From: Candidatus Taylorbacteria bacterium RIFCSPLOWO2_01_FULL_48_100
Lineage (GTDB): Bacteria > Patescibacteriota > Minisyncoccia > Phycocordibacterales > UBA10002
NCBI GenBank assembly: GCA_001821135.1
Contig: MHSA01000012.1
Coordinates: 6,341-70,340, forward strand
DNA: 64,000 bases
Direction: 5' to 3'
Every line of letters begins with the position of its first letter. Positions within the stretch are counted from its first letter, which is position 1. Position numbers and translations under genes: made by a program. The notes beneath the pieces were generated by a model. It worked only from the letters and a program-made list of their open reading frames with translations, made no database searches and was not told the DNA's origin. Shown piece after piece: positions 19,678-28,142 of the stretch.

Positions 19678-20313
19678 ATGAAGACCTTTTTTGTCGATGA
19701 GTCAGGTGATTTGGGGACAAAGGAGAGATATTTCATAATCGCTCTACTTGCTCCTCAAAGAGTAAAGCGTATAACGAATTTCATGAGGAGATTCTGTGCG
19801 GAACATGCTATCCCAGAAGTAAAAGCAAGCCAGCTCTCATTTTCGCAGAAAACATTTATTCTAAATAGACTCTGTAGCGCAAACGATTATACCGTTTCGT
19901 ATATTGTTGCCGATAAAACTCATCTTCAGCCGCAACTCCTTGCAGACAAAAATCTCTGTTACAACTATCTGTTTTCGTTCTTGGTGAGCAAGACGATTCG
20001 GAGTATCAGAGAGGATATAACGATTCTGCTTGATAATCACTCAACAAAAGTTAAGTCAATCAACTCTCTCGCTGATTACATTAGGATAAAAGCAATCACC
20101 CAGTGGGGATATATTGACCGACTATATATTTCTTATGTAGATTCAAAAAATTCAAAAGTAGTGCAGGCGACAGATGTCATTGCGAACGCAATCTATGCAA
20201 AATATATCTATGGGAAGGAACACTTTTACAACATGCTGACTATCAGCGAGTCCGTTAAGTTTCCAGCAAACAGATTCGGCAGTATAGGAGTTCCTGTGGA
20301 TAAGTCCACTTGA
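19678..20313 (+). CDS. DUF3800 family protein
   Basis: FVDESGDLG N-terminus; DSKNSKVVQATDVIANAI C-terminus. Confidence 0.85.
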   Translation: MKTFFVDESGDLGTKERYFIIALLAPQRVKRITNFMRRFCAEHAIPEVKASQLSFSQKTFILNRLCSANDYTVSYIVADKTHLQPQLLADKNLCYNYLFSFLVSKTIRSIREDITILLDNHSTKVKSINSLADYIRIKAITQWGYIDRLYISYVDSKNSKVVQATDVIANAIYAKYIYGKEHFYNMLTISESVKFPANRFGSIGVPVDKST

Positions 20314-20343
20314 CTTTTTGCTTATCACGACTATCATTAAGAG

Positions 20344-20442
20344 TGATATAAATCTTGCGCGGAGCTTACTGTAAGTAAGTGGCGTGTGCCGTCACCGAAG
20401 CACAAGTAATCTTGAAAAGCCCTGTGGGGCTTTTCTGCTTTT
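20344..20442 (+). ncRNA. Candidate DUF3800-associated structured RNA
   Basis: TTGACT-16-TATCAT promoter (20310-20337), multistem fold, terminator GAAAAGCCC-tgtg-GGGCTTTTC. Confidence 0.55.
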
Positions 20443-20578
20443 AAGGATTGATTGTTTTGGCTTTTTCTGATATGGTCTTAGGAATGAAAGTCAAAAAAAT
20501 CGGAAAAAAGAATTTCGGAAAAGTTACGATAAGGAAGAATGTTTTTAATCTTCCCGCGTTTGCGTAGTTTTTTAAGAG

Positions 20579-20812
20579 ATGAAAAATCTATATAATATCT
20601 CAAAAGGACAGTTTATAACACTTTGGGTGTTCTCTGTACTTATATGGATTCGGATAATTAATCATTCATGTGCTTGGTACGCGTCTTGCTCACGATTTAA
20701 CTTTTCTGACGATACAGAGATTGCTGATTGGCTATCATTCATTATTCCTTTTCTTATTATTTTTTACACCATTGGTTGGATAAATCACAGAAAAGAGATT
20801 AAAGGTAAATAA
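20579..20812 (+). CDS. Small AT-rich membrane protein
   Basis: 77 aa, two hydrophobic stretches. Confidence 0.5.
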   Translation: MKNLYNISKGQFITLWVFSVLIWIRIINHSCAWYASCSRFNFSDDTEIADWLSFIIPFLIIFYTIGWINHRKEIKGK

Positions 20813-20833
20813 ATTATATTCCCCATAATTTTT

Positions 20834-21223
20834 ATGTTCCTCGCACTGACAATTTTTATTATTTCGCTTGCCGGACTTGCGGCGCTGTTTGCGTTTAAGA
20901 TTGCGGAAATAAGCGGCAAGGAGACGCTTCTTCAGTCGCTCTCGCATCGCGGCGACGAGCTCCTTTCGCGCGGTAGGAAGACGCTCGCGCGCAAGAGCAA
21001 AGAAGTACATCATATTCATATAAAGCCGGCACTCAAGAAAGCGGGGGAAGCGGCGCGCGAGGCGATTGCGTCCGGTTGCGAGTGGTGCATCCGAGAAATG
21101 CGCCAGGCGGCGCGGTTACTGCGCGGCAAAGAGCCGACCGCGCCGCCAGGCGGCTCGGTGTCGGTCTTCCTCAAACAAATGCTGGATTTTAAGAATGGAA
21201 AAAAGGATGAATTGGATAAATAA
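20834..21223 (+). CDS. Single-TM hypothetical protein
   Basis: N-terminal TM; C-terminal SVSVFLKQM. Confidence 0.65.
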   Translation: MFLALTIFIISLAGLAALFAFKIAEISGKETLLQSLSHRGDELLSRGRKTLARKSKEVHHIHIKPALKKAGEAAREAIASGCEWCIREMRQAARLLRGKEPTAPPGGSVSVFLKQMLDFKNGKKDELDK

Positions 21224-21225
21224 AA

Positions 21226-21280
21226 ACATTCTCACATTCTTAAGAATACGAGAATGTTTTTAAGATACGATCGTATCTTA
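21226..21280. repeat. Two adjacent palindromes
   Basis: ACATTCTC..ATTCTTAAGAAT..GAGAATGT and TAAGATACGATCGTATCTTA; a variant of the latter is at about 25355-25375. Confidence 0.65.
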
Positions 21281-21283
21281 ATG

Positions 21284-22147
21284 TCATACTAAATGAATCT
21301 CGCCCATACTTTCTGAAATAAAACCTTTTATTTCTAAAAGTGAGAGCACTGCGTTGGTCTTGCTAACGGGTAATTTCGCAGCGGCAATCAACGCGTCGCG
21401 CTCCATAGGAATCGTGAGGAGTTCTAGGATTTTTATTTCTTCCGCAGAGCAGTCGTCATAATTTTGTTTTTTACCTTCCGCATCGGGTTCTACTTTAAAC
21501 CCAAGCGCAATTAGCAACTCTTCATGTGTGCGCACGGGCGTTGCGCCGAGCCGCATCAAAAGGTGCGGACCTTCCGTCGCGCCGGAGAAAATTGAGCCCG
21601 GTACCGTGAGTACATCGCGATTGTATTCGCTTGCGAGCCGTGCGGTAATAAGAGTTCCAGACCTCTTTTCTGCTTCCACCACAAGCACTGAGTCTGATAG
21701 CCCCGCCATAATTCTGTTCCTTTGCGGGAAGCTATATAAGGTCGCGCGGAAATCTGGCGGAAATTCGGAGAGGAGAGCGCCGCCCGCGGCAACGATGTTG
21801 TCGGCGAGCGTTCGGTTCGCCACGGGGTGCATTATTTTCCGGCTCAGCCCCGAGCCAGGCACTGCAACACAAGAGAGTTTCGCTTCCAATGCGGCGCGGT
21901 GCGCAATGCAGTCAATGCCAAGCGCAAGGCCCGATACAATAACAACCGGGTGACCGTACAGCCCCGAAATGAGCTTCTCGCACGCCTCGCGCCCGTACTG
22001 TGAAAAGCGCCGCGAGCCGACCACGGCGAGCCATTTGTGTTTTTCGGGCGGAAGCACACCTTCCACCCACAGCTTTTCCGGCGGGTCGGGTATTTCGCGC
22101 AGCCGCCGCGGAAATTGCTCGGGCGACATTGTTCTTATGGACGACAT
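21284..22147 (-). CDS. dprA: DNA processing protein DprA
   Basis: AVVGSR, VSGLALGIDCIAH, FPQRNRIMAGLS, SGTLITA. Confidence 0.95.
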   Translation of the reverse strand: MSSIRTMSPEQFPRRLREIPDPPEKLWVEGVLPPEKHKWLAVVGSRRFSQYGREACEKLISGLYGHPVVIVSGLALGIDCIAHRAALEAKLSCVAVPGSGLSRKIMHPVANRTLADNIVAAGGALLSEFPPDFRATLYSFPQRNRIMAGLSDSVLVVEAEKRSGTLITARLASEYNRDVLTVPGSIFSGATEGPHLLMRLGATPVRTHEELLIALGFKVEPDAEGKKQNYDDCSAEEIKILELLTIPMERDALIAAAKLPVSKTNAVLSLLEIKGFISESMGEIHLV

Positions 22148-22176
22148 TTCTTTATGGTATCATTATTCGTATCTCT

Positions 22177-23439
22177 ATGTTGGATATAAAATTCATTCGG
22201 GAAAACAAAGAACTCATCGCCGAGGCGGCGCGGAAGAAGCACATCGCGTTCAAGGTGGATGAGCTGATTACCGCAGACGATGAGCGCCGCGCGGTGCTTA
22301 AAATCGTTGAAGACAAACGCGCGGAGCAGAATCGCAAAAGCGAGCAGATTACGCGCGCGCACGACGACAATAAGCGCCAGGCGTTTGTGGAGGAGATGCG
22401 CGCGCTCAAAGTCGGTCTTCAAGAGGAGGAAGAACGGCTGAAAAAGACGACCCAAAAATGGCAGTCGCTAATGCTTCTAGTCCCAAATGTTCCAGATATT
22501 TCGGTGCCGGAAGGGGTTGGCGAGGAAGACAATAAAGAAATGCGGACATGGGGAGAAAAGCCGGAGTTCACATTTGAGCCAAAGAGCCATATTGAACTTA
22601 TGAAGGCGCTTGATATGGCGGATTTTGAACGCGGCGCGGCTGTGTCGGGCTTTCGCGGATATTTCTTGAAGAATGACGGTGCGCTTTTGTCGCTTGCACT
22701 ATGGCGGCTGTGTATGGATTTCTTTACAAAGAAAGATTTTTCGCCAATACTTGCGCCGTCCTTGGTTCGGCGCGAATCACTTCTCGGAACCGGGTATTTG
22801 CCTCAAGGAGAAGACGATTTATACAAAACGCAAGACGGCGACTATCTTGCAGGCACCGCGGAAGTGCCGGTTATGTCGTATTTTGCGGACACAATTTTGA
22901 GTGAGGAAGAATTGCCGAAAAAAATAATTGCGTTCTCTCCGTGTTTTCGGCGTGAGGCGGGGAGCCACGGAAAAGATACAAAAGGGCTGATGCGTGTGCA
23001 TGAGTTTTTCAAGTGCGAGCAAGTGGTGCTTTGCGAAGCGAGCCATCAGGCGTCTGTTGCTTTACACGAAGAGATAAATCGCAACGAGGAGGAATTTATG
23101 GAAACTCTCGGTATTCCCTATCGTACAGTTATCAACTGTGGCGCTGACCTTGGTCTTGGGCAAGTAAAAAAATACGACATTGAATTATGGGTGCCGTCGG
23201 AAAAACGGTATCGGGAAATAAGCTCCGCCTCATACTTCCATGATTTTCAGACACGACGGCTTAATATTCGCTACAAAAACAAAGATGATAAAGCACAATT
23301 TGCCCATTCACTGAATTGCACTGCCGCGCCAACGCCCCGTCTTTTGATTTCCATCCTTGAAAACAACCAGCGCGCGGACGGGAGCATTGCGGTTCCTAAA
23401 GTGCTGGTGCCGTATTTTGGAAAAGAAGAAATAAGATAA
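22177..23439 (+). CDS. serS: Serine--tRNA ligase
   Basis: MLDIKFIREN, GTAEV, FRREAGSHGKDTKGLMRVHEF, EISSAS. Confidence 0.97.
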   Translation: MLDIKFIRENKELIAEAARKKHIAFKVDELITADDERRAVLKIVEDKRAEQNRKSEQITRAHDDNKRQAFVEEMRALKVGLQEEEERLKKTTQKWQSLMLLVPNVPDISVPEGVGEEDNKEMRTWGEKPEFTFEPKSHIELMKALDMADFERGAAVSGFRGYFLKNDGALLSLALWRLCMDFFTKKDFSPILAPSLVRRESLLGTGYLPQGEDDLYKTQDGDYLAGTAEVPVMSYFADTILSEEELPKKIIAFSPCFRREAGSHGKDTKGLMRVHEFFKCEQVVLCEASHQASVALHEEINRNEEEFMETLGIPYRTVINCGADLGLGQVKKYDIELWVPSEKRYREISSASYFHDFQTRRLNIRYKNKDDKAQFAHSLNCTAAPTPRLLISILENNQRADGSIAVPKVLVPYFGKEEIR

Positions 23440-23440
23440 C

Positions 23441-23630
23441 ACTCGGAATGCTGCTTTTGCGGAACCGGAAAATTTCCCCTGCGAGGAAATTTTCCTTATC
23501 CGCTCGCCTCGCTCTTCCTCGCAGATTCGGAATCCATGCCCGCTCGGCTCCTCGCCCGCCCGTACCGAAACGGTACATTTCGGGCGGGCCGTTCCGCAAC
23601 CTGTCTGCCGACAGGCAGAAAGCACATTGC
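23441..23630. repeat. Roughly 135-bp intergenic element carrying two nested palindromic insertions
   Basis: Matches 43880-44015 except for extra segments 23555-23588 and 23600-23619. Confidence 0.92.
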
Positions 23631-23800
23631 TTTCGTTATAAAAAACATATATCAATATAATCTGCGACCGCGTACTATATTGATATGCGAGCGTATTTCA
23701 GTATTTTGCAAAATACTTGTATGGATTAATTCGTGAGAATTAGAGAATATAAAAAATAAAAAAGCCGCCCTTACGAACGGCCTGTTTTTTCAGATGCGGC

Positions 23801-24388
23801 TTAATAACTTTCCGCTTTTTCTTTAAACTGTTCAAAGTTTTGATACAACTCTGTGCGGAATCCGAAAGCCGCCGCACCTTCTGTATTTTCAACATCATCG
23901 TCCCAAAAAACTACCGCTTCTTTTTTCATTCCGGTTTTTTCTAAGATGTATTGAAAGAATGCGGCATCAGGTTTTTTCGAGCTGACATAAGCCGAAGAAA
24001 ATACGCCATCAAACCAATTACTCAATCCTCGTTTTTCTACAAGATTATCGGTACGATACTTTTCGTTGTTGGTCGCAAGATAGATTTTCACCCCTTTTGC
24101 CCTCAACGCTTGAATGGTGGTCTTAAATCTCTTATCAATTGCGGTGTGTTTCTCTGAAAACCAACAATCTAGAAAAGCATCAACGCCGTCTTTCCACCCC
24201 CATTGTTTCAAGTATTTCCGGAGTTCTTTTTTCAGATCTAATTTTCCTACCACACAGAGTTGGAATTCGTTACGAAAGAATGGGCCAGTGACCTCAGTAG
24301 AAATTCCGTATTCGCGCGCAAGCCGATTACTGAACCGTTCGCCGTGAACAATCATCCCGTCTGCATCAAGAATAAGTGCCTTTGTCAT
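23801..24388 (-). CDS. HAD-family hydrolase
   Basis: LILDADGMI, LATNN, KKPDAAFF, FWDDDVEN. Confidence 0.9.
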   Translation of the reverse strand: MTKALILDADGMIVHGERFSNRLAREYGISTEVTGPFFRNEFQLCVVGKLDLKKELRKYLKQWGWKDGVDAFLDCWFSEKHTAIDKRFKTTIQALRAKGVKIYLATNNEKYRTDNLVEKRGLSNWFDGVFSSAYVSSKKPDAAFFQYILEKTGMKKEAVVFWDDDVENTEGAAAFGFRTELYQNFEQFKEKAESY

Positions 24389-24471
24389 ATCTTTTCTTTG
24401 TTATGTTTCTATCCAAAAAGTATACTACACGAAATAATAAAAATGTACAGAATGTGTATTATAATACCCAC

Positions 24472-25293
24472 ATGCCTCTACGCTCCGAATTTCGCGGGAT
24501 GCGCCGCAGCCGCCGCGCGCGGCGGCTGCGGCTTCTCGCATGGCGCGCGTTTTTCGGCGCATCCGCGCTTGCGCTCCTCTTTTTCGGCTTGTCGTGGTTT
24601 TCGTTTTACGCGCCTTTCCAAATTAAAAAAGTCGTCATTGTTGGAGTGAATAATTCCTCACGCGTAGAAGAACTTCGCGCCGAGGCGGAGGTTGCCCGTG
24701 CGTTTAGGGAAGAGGGCATACGCCTTTTTTCTCCGACAAACTTTTTGCTGTATCCGCGCGCCGCGCTCGCCGCCGCCGTCGCTTCGTCCTCTCCGCGCAT
24801 CGCGTCTGCCGCCGCCGCGCGCGGCGGCGGGATTGTGATTGTCGTCGTTTCCGAACGCGCGCCGTTCGCAGAATGGTGCTCATCTACAAGCGAATGTATT
24901 TTTATTGACGAAAACGGTTTTGGTTTTCCGAATGCGAAAGGAGACGCGCCCCCGATTTCAAATGTCGTTTTTGTTGGTGAAAGTCCGCGCGCCGGCGCGC
25001 GCTATCTTCTGCACGAGAAGTTTCTTTTGCTTCGCGACATTGTTTATTCCGCAGAGCGAATTGGTTTGATTGTTAAAAAAGTAAAGCAAGAAGAGGGGGA
25101 CGATTTTTCGTTGTCGCTTGCCGATAATGCAGAGGCGCGTTTTGTGTTATCTTTTGAAACCGCAAAAATATTTTTAGAACTCCCGACTATTCTCCAGGCC
25201 GCAAACCTAAAAATCTCAGGCGGCTCGGTATATCCCGCACTTCAATATCTTGATATGCGTTTCGGCGGCCAGGTAGTGTTTAAGAGGATATAA
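24472..25293 (+). CDS. FtsQ/DivIB-like cell division protein
   Basis: Basic N-terminus, TM, POTRA-like region, VSERAPFAEWC, C-terminal YLDMRFGGQVVFK. Confidence 0.75.
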   Translation: MPLRSEFRGMRRSRRARRLRLLAWRAFFGASALALLFFGLSWFSFYAPFQIKKVVIVGVNNSSRVEELRAEAEVARAFREEGIRLFSPTNFLLYPRAALAAAVASSSPRIASAAAARGGGIVIVVVSERAPFAEWCSSTSECIFIDENGFGFPNAKGDAPPISNVVFVGESPRAGARYLLHEKFLLLRDIVYSAERIGLIVKKVKQEEGDDFSLSLADNAEARFVLSFETAKIFLELPTILQAANLKISGGSVYPALQYLDMRFGGQVVFKRI

Positions 25294-25303
25294 ATTAAAC
25301 TAG

Positions 25304-25448
25304 ACACACGATGTTGATGTGCTTCAAACATCTGGTGCCCCTGCAATTTATCATTAAGCCACGATCGTATCTTAATAATAAAACTAATATACACTATCTC
25401 TGACGGTCGTTAGAGATAGTGTATTCAGTCATTTTGCAAAATGTTTGT
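25304..25448. repeat. Cluster of palindromic elements
   Basis: GATGTTGA-family hairpin, ACGATCGTATCTTA, and ATACACTATCTCT..AGATAGTGTAT + CATTTTGCAAAATG; the last module recurs at 44093-44176. Confidence 0.75.
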
Positions 25449-25518
25449 ATAAGATATTGCAATAAAAAAGTCGCTTCGGTTTCCCAAAGCGACTTGTCTC
25501 GTCGTATGACGAGATGTT

Positions 25519-26538
25519 CTAGTTTCCCCTTGTTGATAGTTGCCGGACGCGCACGAGTTCTGTCGCTTTCGCGACAAACTCTGCGGCAATCTGGTGCTCC
25601 TCCTTAAACGGCTCTTCGCCTGTCATTGCCTTGCGGAGCAGTACACACGCTCCCGAGTACATCTCAAAGTTGATTGAGGTGTTCGCTTCAATAAGCACGC
25701 GGACGCGCTCTTTGCTGTCGCGGTTCGTCGCCTGCCAGATGAGGGACTTTTCGGCAAGGGACTTAATTCTCTGGCCGTCTGCGTCCTCTGCATCGCGGCG
25801 CACTTCTCCGAAGGTGCTCCCGACATACGACATCCATTCAAGGATATAAAGCGTCATTTCTTCTGTCGGAGTGATCGGGTGCAGGTCTTCTTCATTGAGC
25901 CACCGGTGCAAACTTGGTGCCAGAAAAGGCCGATTGCCGCATTTCTTGCAGACGGCGCTGTCAATGTTGAAGAGATACGCATTGAGCGAAATCTCCGCTC
26001 CGCAGAGGGAACATTTTCGGTCCCACATGAGCCCGTCAAAGTTCCATTTTCCGGTCGGACGGACGCCTTCGCCGGCGAGCATTTCCAGTTGCGTTGGCGT
26101 AGTGCCTTTCAGAAGGTCCCACTGGTCAATTCGTCCCATGTCCAGAAGATTTTCGCATTCGCAGTCTTCGTAGAATTCCCAGCGGATGCCACTCCCCATC
26201 CAACAGTTCGCGAGATTGTTTCCAATCAGAATGCACACTGCTTCAGGGCTGTTATGCGTAACCCCGATGACCCAAGTTCTCCGCGGCTCACGACCCCAGA
26301 GATACCGTACGCGCACTTTATTTTTGTCTCGCGTGCGCTCCGTGAAGTACGCGCGGTAATGCGATTGCCGTTCTGGCGCATGTTCATCCCGAAAAGAAAC
26401 CATGGCGGTTTCTGCATCCGGATACATTCCGTGGAGCATCAAACGATTTTCCACGATGCCCGCACCGGCAATAGGGTGCATCAGTACCGGAATAACCGGC
26501 AGTTTTTGCGTTGCAACTACTTGTTGTTCTGCTTTCAT
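25519..26538 (-). CDS. Hypothetical Zn-finger protein, paralog A
   Basis: CSLCG...CKKCG; shares a domain with 26535-27617. Confidence 0.75.
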   Translation of the reverse strand: MKAEQQVVATQKLPVIPVLMHPIAGAGIVENRLMLHGMYPDAETAMVSFRDEHAPERQSHYRAYFTERTRDKNKVRVRYLWGREPRRTWVIGVTHNSPEAVCILIGNNLANCWMGSGIRWEFYEDCECENLLDMGRIDQWDLLKGTTPTQLEMLAGEGVRPTGKWNFDGLMWDRKCSLCGAEISLNAYLFNIDSAVCKKCGNRPFLAPSLHRWLNEEDLHPITPTEEMTLYILEWMSYVGSTFGEVRRDAEDADGQRIKSLAEKSLIWQATNRDSKERVRVLIEANTSINFEMYSGACVLLRKAMTGEEPFKEEHQIAAEFVAKATELVRVRQLSTRGN

Positions 26539-27617
26539 TTTCTTTCCTTTCTTTCTGTTTTGTTGAGTTTTCGGTAATTCAAGATGAGTTCGTTAATGAG
26601 AATCGGCAATGTCTCCACCGCCACTCTCATATCCAAGTGCATTTGCTTGATTTTTGGATTGCCCGGATTCTTTTTCTGTTCTTCCAACCATAACGGCGAG
26701 AACTGTTCGCTGACGCGGACAATGGCTTTCACAAGCACTTCTCCGTGACCGTTGGTCGCTTTGCGTACACATGCGGTGAAGATATCCTCTAGTTCTGGCC
26801 GGACAATAAGCCGAAACAAACTTTGGTCGTACAAACTCTTAAAATTGTCAAAGCATCCGCCAAACCAGTCAAAGACGCTCTGAAAATTTAGATTGCACTC
26901 CAACTGTTCAATCGGCCAGAACGCAACGGAATTTGCAACGGGGTCTATGAAATGCTGGATTCCCGCTTCGCCACTCGGCGAAGGAGTCCAGTGTTCCGTG
27001 ATTCGTTGTCTCTTCCACCGCACTTGCGATATGAGTTCCATGATGATGTCGCGGCTTTTGCCGAGTGGGGTTTCCACTCCGCAACTTTCGCACGGCTTGC
27101 GCGAAACATATAGAACCGATGTTCGGTCAAATACGCCCCCGCACAGCGGACATCGGTGTGTTAGAAGAATCCCGTCAAAGTCCCAGTCGCCCTTTGGATA
27201 GACGCCGCGTTGTATGAGCGACTTTCGCTCATCTAACGAAACATCTCCTGCAAGGTCTTGGTAGTCAAACCGCCCTTGCTCGATTAGTTCCGAGAGAGCG
27301 AAATCGCGGTAGATTTCCCACCGCGCGATAGTTAACTTGCAACCGGATGCAAAGTTCCCGATAAGAACTTTGATTGCCGGAAGATCGTTAATCGTCATAC
27401 CAACGACAGCGTCTTCAAACTTGCGTTCGTGCCGAAGATTCTTAACCTGCCGTATGATTGCCCGCCCATTTTTTTCTTCTATCCAGAAGACCACGCGGTG
27501 AGGCAAATATTCCGAAGCAAATGTGTTTCGGAAAGATGAGAAAAGTTCTTTAGCGTATGCTTCACGATAACCGTCCTGAAATGCTTGATTTGCAATGGCT
27601 GGTAGTAATTCTGTCAT
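26535..27617 (-). CDS. Hypothetical Zn-finger protein, paralog B
   Basis: CPLCG...CESCG; AAGGAG RBS; TTGACA-16-TATTCT promoter at 27697-27670; ATGA overlap with paralog A. Confidence 0.78.
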   Translation of the reverse strand: MTELLPAIANQAFQDGYREAYAKELFSSFRNTFASEYLPHRVVFWIEEKNGRAIIRQVKNLRHERKFEDAVVGMTINDLPAIKVLIGNFASGCKLTIARWEIYRDFALSELIEQGRFDYQDLAGDVSLDERKSLIQRGVYPKGDWDFDGILLTHRCPLCGGVFDRTSVLYVSRKPCESCGVETPLGKSRDIIMELISQVRWKRQRITEHWTPSPSGEAGIQHFIDPVANSVAFWPIEQLECNLNFQSVFDWFGGCFDNFKSLYDQSLFRLIVRPELEDIFTACVRKATNGHGEVLVKAIVRVSEQFSPLWLEEQKKNPGNPKIKQMHLDMRVAVETLPILINELILNYRKLNKTERKERK

Positions 27618-27767
27618 TTTTCTCCTTTTTTAAGGTTGAGTTTTAACTATTTTCAAGGTGTCTAGTCATAGAATACACGAAACAAACTCAGTGTCAAGGT
27701 CTTAAAGAAACACTCGGTGTATGCATTTGAGGAACCGGATTTCTTTGTGCGTGATATAATGTTCAGT

Positions 27768-28142
27768 ATGAATCTTATCGCGTTTTTTCCGCAGTATTTT
27801 GTGTGGCATTATACTGTCGCGCTCATGGATTTTGCGCGCACTGTGTCTAATTTCTTTTGGTTTCTTTGGAACTTTTTTTCCATAGAGCTCCTCGCGCGCT
27901 CGTTTTTCGTGCCGTGGAAGCGGCTCGGTGAGGAGCAAGGGTCGTTCGTCGGGCGCGCGATTGTCGGCGCGGCTATGCGCGCCATCGGCATCATTGCGCG
28001 GCTCGCGCTGTTCGCGCTCGCCGCGCTTTCTTTCGTAGTAACCTTCTTTGCGTTGATTTTCGCGCTCGCGTTGTGGCTCGTTCTGCCGTTAGTAATTGCG
28101 TTTTTGCTTTTTATCGGTATTCGCTCGCTTTTTTCAATATGA
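27768..28142 (+). CDS. Membrane protein coupled to the Clp-like ATPase
   Basis: YFVWHYT, FFSIELLARSFFVPWKR; ATGA overlap with the next gene. Confidence 0.7.
   Translation: MNLIAFFPQYFVWHYTVALMDFARTVSNFFWFLWNFFSIELLARSFFVPWKRLGEEQGSFVGRAIVGAAMRAIGIIARLALFALAALSFVVTFFALIFALALWLVLPLVIAFLLFIGIRSLFSI

Noticed and set aside
20484-20567. 27-aa ORF ending NLPAFA*, reminiscent of a tmRNA tag
   Set aside because: No tRNA-like tmRNA ends nearby; too short to support as a gene
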